This document shows, in pieces, positions 47,701 through 54,824 of a stretch of 64,000 nt of DNA (positions are counted from its first letter, which is position 1; each line of letters opens with the position of its first letter). The position numbers and the translations under genes were made by a program. The stretch comes from a virus. The notes below the pieces were generated by a model, which was not told the DNA's origin, ran no database searches, and saw only the letters and a list, made by a program, of their open reading frames with translations. Where the stretch lies: positions 96,001 to 160,000 of IMG/VR virus record IMGVR_UViG_3300025122_000005. One strand, written 5' to 3'.

Positions 47701-49852
47701 TTTTGGTACATGGGGCGTCCAACGTGTTGAAAGACTTCCGTTTGAGGTAATTATTGATCCAACCCGCTTGGTCACAAATACAGTTAAAAATATTGGCACA
47801 GCCAGAAATGTTGCAAGATTAGACGAGAGGTTCACCTTTTACGAAATGGAGCCACACCCAAGTGCCAGTTTACAGCCATGCTCATTCTTGAGAAGTAGGT
47901 CATCTGGATCGGCAGATACTGGTGCTCGACACCTACCCCATCTTTCAACTGTGGTTCCGGAAACATACTGGGGGGCGACACACCAAACACCGATAACCTC
48001 TTCTATGTTGACCGCTAGTTTTAGTTTGTCGAGAATGCGGGTCTTGAGTGACACGACATACTCGAAGGCAGCTAACAATTTTTTTGCTGAAAGTTCAAGA
48101 TTCTTTTTGGAGGGGGGACATACTACAACTATCGCATCCGAAGATACGTTACAGACTGCTGTAGATCCGAGTAAAACATACAAGTTCCGATTGAGGTTAA
48201 ATCGTCCCAATACGCAGGACTTTCCGATGTATAATCGTGCGGCTGCATTTGGACCACCAATCAACGCAGGACCTGGTGATCATGGATTGAATCGGTCACA
48301 GAACTACGTAGGTCATGGATTCGCCCCGTATACTCCACCTCATTATGACAATTATGCAGAGGTTGAATATATATTCAATCCGTCCGTTGGCGTCTCATAT
48401 GAGACCATAGAAGATGTTCTTAACAGGATAACCGAACAAAATAGTTTGGGCACCGCAACCATTAACTATAATAGGTATATTCAGGGTACTGGTTCAAAAA
48501 ATAATTTTGGAATCTCAGGAATTACAAATAGTGATTATGTGTCGGGTCCAGGCACCAGTACTGATTTTCAAAGTATCAATGCCGCGACTGCATCTTTAAA
48601 TAAAACACATGCGATGCAATTATCTGCTAGTTTTTATGGTATGGATTTGGCACAAGGAAGCCTGGTTCCAATATTTGAGGGAACAGAAAGAGATGCGGAC
48701 ATTCTTCGAAAATCGTGGGTTATACAGAGTAAGTGGGAAACCCCAAATATGGATTTCCGTCAGACCACTCCTACAATAGCAAAGCCTCATTATATAACCA
48801 CTGCGAAAGGGATGTGGCACCAAACAGGAGCGTATGATGATCCCAGTTCGTTTATAGAAATTATGCCACCAATTGATGGGTCTGAAGATTTGTCAAGTTT
48901 ATTAGGTGTTCATTTTAGAAAAGGTGAGCGAAAAATAAAGGAGCAAAGAGCCCTTTCTATCGGACAATTGCCAGAAGAGCGTAAAGTATCGGAAGCGGTT
49001 GTTGCGATTCCGTTTGTGGAAGATGAGAGTGGCAACAGAAAGTTCTTTAACATTCCAAAGAACGAGGTATATAAGGCTGTCCAGAACGAGGGGTATCCAA
49101 ATTACAAGAAAGCGTATATTGATACTGTTGAGGGACGAAGACTTAGACACGGTCGCGGTCGTAACAAGGGGACAACCACAGAAGTCGTGGCAAACCCCAT
49201 ATCATCCCGGACAAGTATTCAAACAATGGTAGGAAAGATGCTTAAATATGTTATTCCTCCAAAAATGAATTTCTTAAAATATAACAATGAGGAAGAAAAA
49301 TTTGTGCACCCATTTGCAATGTACATCTTTGAATTTGAGCATACTTTGTCTAAGTCGGATTTGGCGTATATGTGGCAGAATCTCCCGCCAGATGTTGCAT
49401 TGAACGACTTTCATAACAATGATGATGATACACTGCAAGCAGAATCTGTAGTTTCTCATGATTTGGGAGGCGCAACAGATCTCTTAGGTGGCAGCTTTAA
49501 CAAAAATGTAAAATGGATGGTATTCAAAGTTAAACAAAGAGCTGAAACAAACTATTTTAAGAAGATATCACGAGACAAACTACCGGTCGGTCACCCTGAA
49601 AGGGAGTTATCCGTTGAAAACGATATTTTTGAATATGGATACAACTGGCCTTATGATTATTTCTCGTTGGTTGAACTAGTTAAAATTGATGCTGGAGTGT
49701 CTTTTGCGAAGGATAGGGACATAGTAGAACCCTTAACACCGGAACAGGCAGAACAAACCGCAAGAGCTGTTGCTGGATTGGTGCCACAAGAGAACGAAGA
49801 AGGGGAACAAGAGGTCGACTTCAAGAATTTGTTCCCAAAAGAGGATGAATAA
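38786..49852 (+). CDS. Giant (3,688 aa) baseplate protein: gp7/gpI-like core with LamG/ConA-like domains
   Basis: NNLIHIYKSKGTEKAFRNLLRCYG (YKxKGT wedge motif). LamG signatures TVEFWLK..WHHYAF..LHVDG..GSIDEFRFW..YYKFNE and SISMWVY..WYHVAV..FYIDG..ISEVSIFN. Confidence 0.7.
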   Translation: MSLKNLFSKISSKHILPESSVNDLLEDIESGRYIDEYIKRKARFLPHIDYATASNFARFGLAEEYYDSAARRIYQTYPYDGSSYEKIKWINNSNGLDLYVFDNEYPRTHGHARFSPTGWGSRTSLSGNYGNPATKEYIYIKGGPNVDNIWHTASNRTSNLEIDGNKGNTVEFWLKKSAFQTLTKREVVFDAWTTGSVPSGHQYGRLTIELDRTRPQEDSPWVVTYQSASSGVKNLYVSGTAGLYASASDGEWHHYAFSFQNTGSQVNFRLHVDGDLNHSVLTGSSIGNLNTAIVANIGALVAAKDSDPQPRLGPSTTTNPGLGFGKLSGSIDEFRFWKAKRSSKDIGRYWFTQVHGGTNTDDPNTDLGVYYKFNEGITLTSSIDQIALDYSGRISNGSWTGYSSDSRSTKSAMIQSSASLTEFAEPIIHTENPKVNEYLDDILEKGRNYDINNNSSIYKSVPGWILEEDDEGELKQLTQIMGAYFDELFMQIQSLSKLKHVKSENYSKKPLPFMDKVLRSMGFETPEIFIDADVLASLASRDEEKEFEQRLEDVKNVIYQNIYNNLIHIYKSKGTEKAFRNLLRCYGIDEEVIKINVYADGVDYPVEQNYRVGSFKTRCINFNRPANFSSTIYQYSSSLHHSGKSSEFPVSGYITGAHANDSAVGLSFTTEAEVVFPIRHRAGTVLHFDTPISSSLFGAHTVLDSHGDTHDLTWKAAAKDFANFEVYAVKDREDSRHAKFVVKSTSGIVAPVETGIYYDVYDGNKWNFAVRVAPKGTFGNTISGSTNSYNLELFGVKTDAGEVKEEFLLTSSLTNAQGQRFHQYSKRLYAGAHRRNFTGSTIDLSDVQLSSLRHWMSYLDNETIRSHALDPKSYGVPHPMRNAYTFMPGLDNPVPTIETLALDWGFNTVTGSTKGGQLIIRDFSSGSLKNKRDYGWIGDVISSNHPGRGNFFPSETTASVSVAYLQTARQQILENVHSSDMIRVLTRDDTTYTRESRPVNHFFSIEKSMYQAISEEMLDMFATIKDFSNLIGDPVNRYRPNYKAMEKLRSLFFERVENTPSIEKYIEFYKWIDASISQVLDQLKPASANFSEDVRTMIESHVLERNKYWTKFPTLEGKQAEPEPGQVKSVGEMLYNWRYGHAPLPSATGPVAATATITITAYTELNAGDKVNLVAADGTSYDFEQGDQSSVNGTFEATTSNEQTATNLMNVINTSSGPAGARFTATVDGAVVTVTQATPGSAGNTSVTLTDSGTAGMTKANFTGGTDNNRSETENCLWWSERASRKDAPLTTGIAATDAERETLRRVAIADVSGSTYALRRLAKPYRFKLELQPVLHGGDNFHLNKKKDLYLGTSNPGALDFIRISGSDVTFAGGECTDVYNPRINLGAPYSTTTTGEAGGGTVIEKKKAFAKADISNTNSDHDLSTIAPFSLYSSSIDDPKDYKAEIYDNFKKGVDITNLHSDAYGDDREIPIQSPFTEHWVGGHSHRHQHLNMMRPKIPQADPGLQNITMSLDHAGRRFEGFNLTMSQGQLYVTSPNLYALNHEPPGTFNVSLTSSTHNRSRILRDPLAKRPVNIRNIKTTASEYAKDTTLNIGNYKHEYEIVQGTSVEMNPVFLVRTASTEPVENTSNSPFFVEINERRKFERPTRKNVFVNRFSAPGGPETAGDSLGGPGLDIATNQYSVYNSLNYRNMMPRMALDEWSMDRAGKFGHASNSSITASSPTASYHKVYHNPRYVATASWESGVECRIKHDNQFVQHQIPQSDLGYAWIKNSTTETTCSYARLESKFTYPKAQSDQTVYETNEANAVDFDSPGFVSASDMGFGHYGANGRVLTTRPDVLGGGSSLVGFEPVDFAGLNFIVVEPISSSYNLLGYDDVSVKSVGGVYSRVNYLAARDDGARFRSNVAHGTLSPDVFKWDAHLLNAILSNRNGPYGYPSWKQLRAGQHPVARKLRRDNIMAPIVERDNALVNSFSPAYFTRGDYSWPDNIDHQRARTSRTISAQRYRFTESAVTSKFGPLKTTMIGKSVAGLANSYGSWRDAHSAGGTQISVGGKVTHGNDLVTFSNPELVNFLQIDEKASATPLRDKIGADIIQTLYSETIYPRDSNSYSNRVRGRENFIIDWWKPKRADRQTIDKHNSQGLHIGLTSSMWPLDAQTNFGTSNEIALGTDIPGAFGEGELMSSYCLFRSGGVGLGAYPTASAMYARKFPEENYIFNLTFNTTVTEKYWGGASDGDHTSYYIQFYPPEASAVVHYIYFCRTAETASVNNAADIVVGANKIWIPLSESSYTTTTLASAVKDGLNSNSIFKKVAKAESSTNKLSLHFKGTWDNSYVGGDYLADEYSDSTIDGQIMIGYLDTSPVFLSASSNTSTYLAGAAKWEAGEMAGRDPFNYKDYDDYAMQMRLIGKDYSIVPEYRISEEMPNYIGRAAADPYFSCPQADFLQMTGALDDFADSSKSDFFKVYGHSDFIKYFDIVKEGHKELAMSENSLTLRCKAMKKFLPYEGIYPAQRTLQLATMFSESYGPQTNVAVEKFGQTKGGYEPYGSWRTALQPFYAPGIAYNSIKSGIAVDYPVFTPNRDRKFNLFCTTFDKQDNNHINIGQASEWAQLISGSHGKNSSAANSGLSISMWVYFDEDPDADGNTDTSGSLLVFKDDDNATEGIHFTKHGGRLMLSMYTDASNYKKWWTKPYKSLTTADKWYHVAVAKKFDTSTPDFYIDGEQIETQGAATAAGITGTAGSLTETSVNMDGHSTTATGNCTIGNHRYGHTNTNHALNAMEVAISEVSIFNTKLTDESVRGLFGGGVRQRGPWRPDLCVEQPHVDNLIGWFRMGNDTGYVMAGTSGSITMTNNLGLNNHAMPLYRKTLVGGGKGSLAGVETTTKGKFVGFTDAWSAGAQTGYGITLLGENGVDTNMELTGAFQYPSYITGSAFNETSDFGIPRIGSASWGEHQAKGADPELAEATSYWTQGDYGRNFGTWGVQRVERLPFEVIIDPTRLVTNTVKNIGTARNVARLDERFTFYEMEPHPSASLQPCSFLRSRSSGSADTGARHLPHLSTVVPETYWGATHQTPITSSMLTASFSLSRMRVLSDTTYSKAANNFFAESSRFFLEGGHTTTIASEDTLQTAVDPSKTYKFRLRLNRPNTQDFPMYNRAAAFGPPINAGPGDHGLNRSQNYVGHGFAPYTPPHYDNYAEVEYIFNPSVGVSYETIEDVLNRITEQNSLGTATINYNRYIQGTGSKNNFGISGITNSDYVSGPGTSTDFQSINAATASLNKTHAMQLSASFYGMDLAQGSLVPIFEGTERDADILRKSWVIQSKWETPNMDFRQTTPTIAKPHYITTAKGMWHQTGAYDDPSSFIEIMPPIDGSEDLSSLLGVHFRKGERKIKEQRALSIGQLPEERKVSEAVVAIPFVEDESGNRKFFNIPKNEVYKAVQNEGYPNYKKAYIDTVEGRRLRHGRGRNKGTTTEVVANPISSRTSIQTMVGKMLKYVIPPKMNFLKYNNEEEKFVHPFAMYIFEFEHTLSKSDLAYMWQNLPPDVALNDFHNNDDDTLQAESVVSHDLGGATDLLGGSFNKNVKWMVFKVKQRAETNYFKKISRDKLPVGHPERELSVENDIFEYGYNWPYDYFSLVELVKIDAGVSFAKDRDIVEPLTPEQAEQTARAVAGLVPQENEEGEQEVDFKNLFPKEDE

Positions 49853-50811
49853 TGTCGTTTTTCAATAAAAAAGAAGAAGTGATGGAGGTTCAGCTTACTC
49901 AATACGGGAAGTATCTTCTTTCTAAGGGGCGATTTAAGCCAGAATTCTATGCCTTCTCAGATGACGAGGTTCTTTATGATGCGTCTTACGGAGAGAATGT
50001 GAATGAAACCGCAAAAACATCGTTTGAGAGGATACAGAACGACACAGTAAGGATGAGACCCTTGTACGAACACGAGGGAGCGGAAACTCGTGTCACCAGA
50101 ACAAACAAGCATATTATGTTGGCAAATCTTTTTCGAAACATAGGAGCATCCCAAAAGAGGGTCGCTGGTAATCTTTATGGGAAAGACTATGTCAACGACA
50201 CCGCAATGGTTCCGGATGATAGGAAGTTGATGAGAAACATCCTAGGGAATTCAGAGGTGGGCAACAAATACGCTCCTGCATGGTGCGTTTATAGCTTGAA
50301 TGATCAAGAATTTGAGAGCCCGATACAATTAAGCTCTTCTGGTCCCAACATAGGAATGAGAAGACCACAGATAAACTTGATTGTTGATTATAACATGGAG
50401 GCTGAAAAGGTAGAAGTCGGAGATACCATAACAATGAATGAATACTTTGAGCAGGACGGTATGGGTCAAGTTCTAGGATTTGTTGACGGATATGAATTAA
50501 CTATTGATACTGAGAGTATCACTTTAGAAGTATTAGAAAAGAATGTTTCCACTTCTGATGATAAATTCGATGTTGAATTTTTTTTGGTTGAGGATGAGGA
50601 AGAGTTTCTAGAAGGAACAACAACGGTAAAGGAAGAAAAACTTTTATCATTAAAGGTGGATGCCAACTTTGATTCAACCATGAGAGACGAGTTATCGACA
50701 TATGTAGAGGTTTTGTTTGATGAGCATGCTGGGCTGGGCATACCAGAAGATTTTGAAGGAGAAACTTTTTATGGACACATCGGAATAGAAGACGAGCAGG
50801 TGTGTGACTAA
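49852..50811 (+). CDS. Structural protein, paralogue of 57970-58983
   Basis: LTQYGKYLLSKGRFKPEFYAFSDDEVLY aligns with LTDTGRFRMARGDFKITKFALGDDEVDY. Confidence 0.65.
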   Translation: MSFFNKKEEVMEVQLTQYGKYLLSKGRFKPEFYAFSDDEVLYDASYGENVNETAKTSFERIQNDTVRMRPLYEHEGAETRVTRTNKHIMLANLFRNIGASQKRVAGNLYGKDYVNDTAMVPDDRKLMRNILGNSEVGNKYAPAWCVYSLNDQEFESPIQLSSSGPNIGMRRPQINLIVDYNMEAEKVEVGDTITMNEYFEQDGMGQVLGFVDGYELTIDTESITLEVLEKNVSTSDDKFDVEFFLVEDEEEFLEGTTTVKEEKLLSLKVDANFDSTMRDELSTYVEVLFDEHAGLGIPEDFEGETFYGHIGIEDEQVCD

Positions 50812-53800
50812 TGTCTAGAGTAGATTTTTCAAAAGATGACATTATCGGAGATTTCTTGCCAAACGTGGGAATACGTAGAATCACGCTAGAGTCTGCTTCA
50901 GAAGAAGACATGGCAGTAATGGTAGACTTGGTCATCGACGACGTACTGGACGAAGATATCAAAAACGCCACCGCAAAAGCAGTTGATGAAGATTTAACTG
51001 TAGTCCGTCGTCAAATGGGTCGCGGCCGCCACGCAAGAAATATTGTAGTGGGGTCCAAATCATCCATGTCTGTAATAGACGAGGCTTTAAAGGTTTGTGT
51101 TGTGGTGGCAACAAGCGAAGCAGCGAATATAGTGATAAAAAGACTTTTTTCTCGACGAGGTCAGGTGGCAAATTTTCAAGATCGCTTAAGACAGATTACG
51201 TCAAGAGGGCTTGAATATTTGGAATCTTCCATCGCCCAAGCGATGCAGGGATTGGCGAATAGAAGGCAAGACATTTTATTTTTCCAAGACGGAGCTAGAC
51301 CTATTAGCGGCGAACAATACTATGCAGCTATAGCAGATCATCTTAAGGAATATGATACCGACGGCAACGAAGTACATAAACTTTATAAAACTTTTTCAAT
51401 GCCAGAAATAAAAAATGATGTTAATAGTTTGCACATTTATGCGTTTACTTTTATGGATTTTAATGTTTTTGACTTGGAGATGGATCCAAGTGAAATGACC
51501 TTTTTAAATAATACATATGGGAAACTGTCGTACAGCAAAGTTATAGAAAACGGATCGTTGAACCCTCACAGTATGGTTTTGTTAGATTCAAAAGGCACTC
51601 CTTGGTCTGGACCCTATCATGTCATGCAAGACGGGTCTTACATGAAGGGAAGGTTTCACGAAGCAGACGTTAATGACCCAGAACAGTATTTAGCAAGCCT
51701 TATGATTCCCAATGTTAAGGTTCAGGATTTTAGAAGGTTTCAGAGATCGGAAAAGGATACGTACTTACCAAAAACTTTACCGAGTTTTTTACAAGAGAAC
51801 AAAAGAGCAAAATACCTTAATAATATTCGAGCAAATCAGTTTAATGCAAGAGCAGAGATAGATCACGATCCTATCACTGGTCATGTTAGTCTTGAGTTTT
51901 TAGTAGATCAAGAACAAATATTTGTAAACAATTCTAAATATGGGCACCTTTATAACAATTTACCCAATCGTTCAAAATATAAGATAATGCGTTCTAGAGA
52001 TTATTTTAGATTGACTAACTTAAAAATTCTTAGAAGAAGAATGACTAAAAGAGATCTTGGAATTAATAGACTGGGATTCGGAGCAAAAGACATATTCGAC
52101 AGAGAAGTTCCAGAGTTTATAGTTGTCCAATCTGGCGAAAGACCATCAACTGCTTATCGAGCCAGCACATTTGATACAAATGACCTATTGGTGCCTCGTG
52201 AATCCAGTAATGGTTCAGTTTCGGACGAACCATTTGGCACTTTGGCTTGGGAAGTTTACGGGCACTTGACGACTTGGTTTCAAAATTCTCCTAGAACTCC
52301 TCTGCCTATTGCAAATGACGGGATGCCCCCGTTTCCTTTCTACAGAAATTTTATAGGAACAGACGAGTCCCTGGATAGTGTTTACGATGGAGTATATCAA
52401 TATGGTATTGAGTTATCGTATGAGGACGGATTAGAAAAATATTTACAGGAGATTCTTATTGTTCTCAGAGACCAAACAAAGCAACTAGAGAGATATTACA
52501 ATGAATGTTCTATCCCAGTTACTACGTCCAAATATTTTAGTAGATCCGGACTCTCTAGTCCGACTTCGGATGAGTTATATCCGGACTATAGAGAGAAAAA
52601 CGTTGAACGAACAGAAAGCAGGGGAAACTACAACCACATAACAAGAACCTTCGATCCTGCTTTTGTAAATTCTGCCAGACAAAGATATAGTTTCGTGGAA
52701 ATGGCAAGGGCATACTTTGAAGCAGTTAACGTTGTGTACGCTGACGCAATTTTTAGGATTGGAAATCTAAATCCTAGTGATTCTCCGAGGTTATCTGGAT
52801 TTAATCTCGACAATGTTGTAGCACTACTGAGACCTGAGAACTCTCGGCCGGAACAAATATTGGAGATTTTAAGATCATTCCAGGAATTACACGGATTACT
52901 GGAAGACATTTTAGACATAGATTTAATAAAAGACGCTTCCAATGTTAGGTTGACCCCATCGGAAGCAGGGTCTGCAGGTAGAAACCCCAGGATAATGAGG
53001 GTTAAGAAGTGGTTTTCCGAAGCGGATGACTTTGTAAGTGCCGATTTAAGATATTTACCAGTTGCAGCCCCAGGAATTTTTGATCTTATAGGGAAAGCTA
53101 CACAGATATCTGCTGTGGACGATGCTTCTGTTTTCGGGACGGACCTCGTGGGCAATACAGGCATAAGAGATTTGGGCCCCGATGTAGGCGACCTCGCAGC
53201 CGATGTGGAATTGCTTGACCAATTCACCGGACCGGGACCAGTGGAATATGAGATGGAGGACAGAACTGCGGTTACAACTGAGAAGGTAAGACTGGCTGCG
53301 GGAGGAAAGAATTACAGAGGTCGCCGCCGCCGTCGAGGGTCTCATCGCGTTACCAGCGAGCAGGTAAAAGAAATGTGGTTTCTGGAGGAAGATAAATTCG
53401 GGATTGACGCCGAATCGGATGGAAAAAAATTTAACAACGCACCAGCTGCTTTTACTATGAATTCATACAAGATGGGCAAAAACCAACCCACCTTTACTTT
53501 TGGGACTGGAACAGAAAATGGAGCAGAAGAGGACTTTATAATACAATATGAAAAGAAGTCATCCCGCCGCGGCGCACGCGGTAGAAAGAGGCGGTCTTCT
53601 GGAATTAGTGGAAAGCAGCTTGATATTATAGACAAGCACGTAGAATATACTCTTATTAATAAGAAGAAGAATGATAGTGGTAATTCAAATTTCTCTTCAT
53701 GGAGGACCGGACCACCCAAACCGATGAAAAACAAGGGAATCTCCGCTGCGGTCAACCAATCAATCTTGGACAAGATGGAAAAAAAGTTGAATATTGAATT

Positions 53801-54812
53801 AGTAACGGAAAATAATGGGGCGTACTTTGTAAGAAATCTTGACGAAATTATGGAGTCTAATAAGCGGAGTTTAGCGGATAAAATTCAAGACAGCATGAAG
53901 GTTCTTTGTGACGCAGTGGCGATTGAGGATAAAAACTTAATAGAGTTTATTCCGGACTTCTCCCCCGAGTCGGCTCCAGAGTTTGAGATTACGGATAGGG
54001 CGGTTATAATAACAGAGATGGTAAGAAAAGCATCAGTTGCTATGAGTGACAAATCGGAGATGGAGTCTAGGCAGATTAGGATTCCAAAAATAGAGAAAAT
54101 TTTGTCCAATAAGCCGTCTGTGCTGAAGACAGATGAGGAAAAAAACACCTTTAATCCGCCGGTTCAAATAAAGAAGTTGGCGGATGGAATAAAGCCAATT
54201 GGTGCAACAAACTTTAAGGCATCCAATACTTTGTTTGGAACGGTGCAGAAGATAAAGAAATTAGATGGATTTACAAAGGATGCATCGGGTAAACCGATCC
54301 TGTCAGCCCCCAAGTACAGGGATGTAAAGGTTTCGGAGGTTAAGGCAGGTCTCCCGCCTGGAAAATATAAGCTAGAAACGTTTGAGGATTCTAAATTGGG
54401 AATAGAGAAACCACCGGTCTCTACCGGCAAGAAGTTCTTTACAGTTGAGAAGCCCACCAACATTGAATCTAAATCAAAAAAGAAGATTCCGAAAGCTAAA
54501 TCAAACTTTGAACAAATAGAGAAGATGGCAAGAGATGTGGCACCATCTGGAATTAAGAGCAAGTCCGGACAAGTGATAAAGACGGGGTCTAAGATTCGTG
54601 CATCCAAGACTCCCATCGCGAATAAGAAAAAGGGAAGAAAAGGAAAGGTGAAGTTAGGAAAGTCTACCCCTCCTAGCCCCTTTAAGTCTTCTAGGGCAGC
54701 ACCAGCGATTACAGGAAGGGCGGCAGCTCCTCTTCGTGCTGCACCTGCAGGCGTTCCAGCGATGTCTCCGATGTCATTACCCTCCCCAGGCGGCGGCGGG
54801 AAGGGGTACTAA
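50811..54812 (+). CDS. Large hypothetical virion protein with basic low-complexity C-terminus
   Basis: 1,333-aa ORF in the structural module; Arg-rich patches; Lys/Pro/Ala-rich tail ending GGGGKGY. Confidence 0.55.
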   Translation: MSRVDFSKDDIIGDFLPNVGIRRITLESASEEDMAVMVDLVIDDVLDEDIKNATAKAVDEDLTVVRRQMGRGRHARNIVVGSKSSMSVIDEALKVCVVVATSEAANIVIKRLFSRRGQVANFQDRLRQITSRGLEYLESSIAQAMQGLANRRQDILFFQDGARPISGEQYYAAIADHLKEYDTDGNEVHKLYKTFSMPEIKNDVNSLHIYAFTFMDFNVFDLEMDPSEMTFLNNTYGKLSYSKVIENGSLNPHSMVLLDSKGTPWSGPYHVMQDGSYMKGRFHEADVNDPEQYLASLMIPNVKVQDFRRFQRSEKDTYLPKTLPSFLQENKRAKYLNNIRANQFNARAEIDHDPITGHVSLEFLVDQEQIFVNNSKYGHLYNNLPNRSKYKIMRSRDYFRLTNLKILRRRMTKRDLGINRLGFGAKDIFDREVPEFIVVQSGERPSTAYRASTFDTNDLLVPRESSNGSVSDEPFGTLAWEVYGHLTTWFQNSPRTPLPIANDGMPPFPFYRNFIGTDESLDSVYDGVYQYGIELSYEDGLEKYLQEILIVLRDQTKQLERYYNECSIPVTTSKYFSRSGLSSPTSDELYPDYREKNVERTESRGNYNHITRTFDPAFVNSARQRYSFVEMARAYFEAVNVVYADAIFRIGNLNPSDSPRLSGFNLDNVVALLRPENSRPEQILEILRSFQELHGLLEDILDIDLIKDASNVRLTPSEAGSAGRNPRIMRVKKWFSEADDFVSADLRYLPVAAPGIFDLIGKATQISAVDDASVFGTDLVGNTGIRDLGPDVGDLAADVELLDQFTGPGPVEYEMEDRTAVTTEKVRLAAGGKNYRGRRRRRGSHRVTSEQVKEMWFLEEDKFGIDAESDGKKFNNAPAAFTMNSYKMGKNQPTFTFGTGTENGAEEDFIIQYEKKSSRRGARGRKRRSSGISGKQLDIIDKHVEYTLINKKKNDSGNSNFSSWRTGPPKPMKNKGISAAVNQSILDKMEKKLNIELVTENNGAYFVRNLDEIMESNKRSLADKIQDSMKVLCDAVAIEDKNLIEFIPDFSPESAPEFEITDRAVIITEMVRKASVAMSDKSEMESRQIRIPKIEKILSNKPSVLKTDEEKNTFNPPVQIKKLADGIKPIGATNFKASNTLFGTVQKIKKLDGFTKDASGKPILSAPKYRDVKVSEVKAGLPPGKYKLETFEDSKLGIEKPPVSTGKKFFTVEKPTNIESKSKKKIPKAKSNFEQIEKMARDVAPSGIKSKSGQVIKTGSKIRASKTPIANKKKGRKGKVKLGKSTPPSPFKSSRAAPAITGRAAAPLRAAPAGVPAMSPMSLPSPGGGGKGY

Positions 54813-54824
54813 GGAGTATGAATA

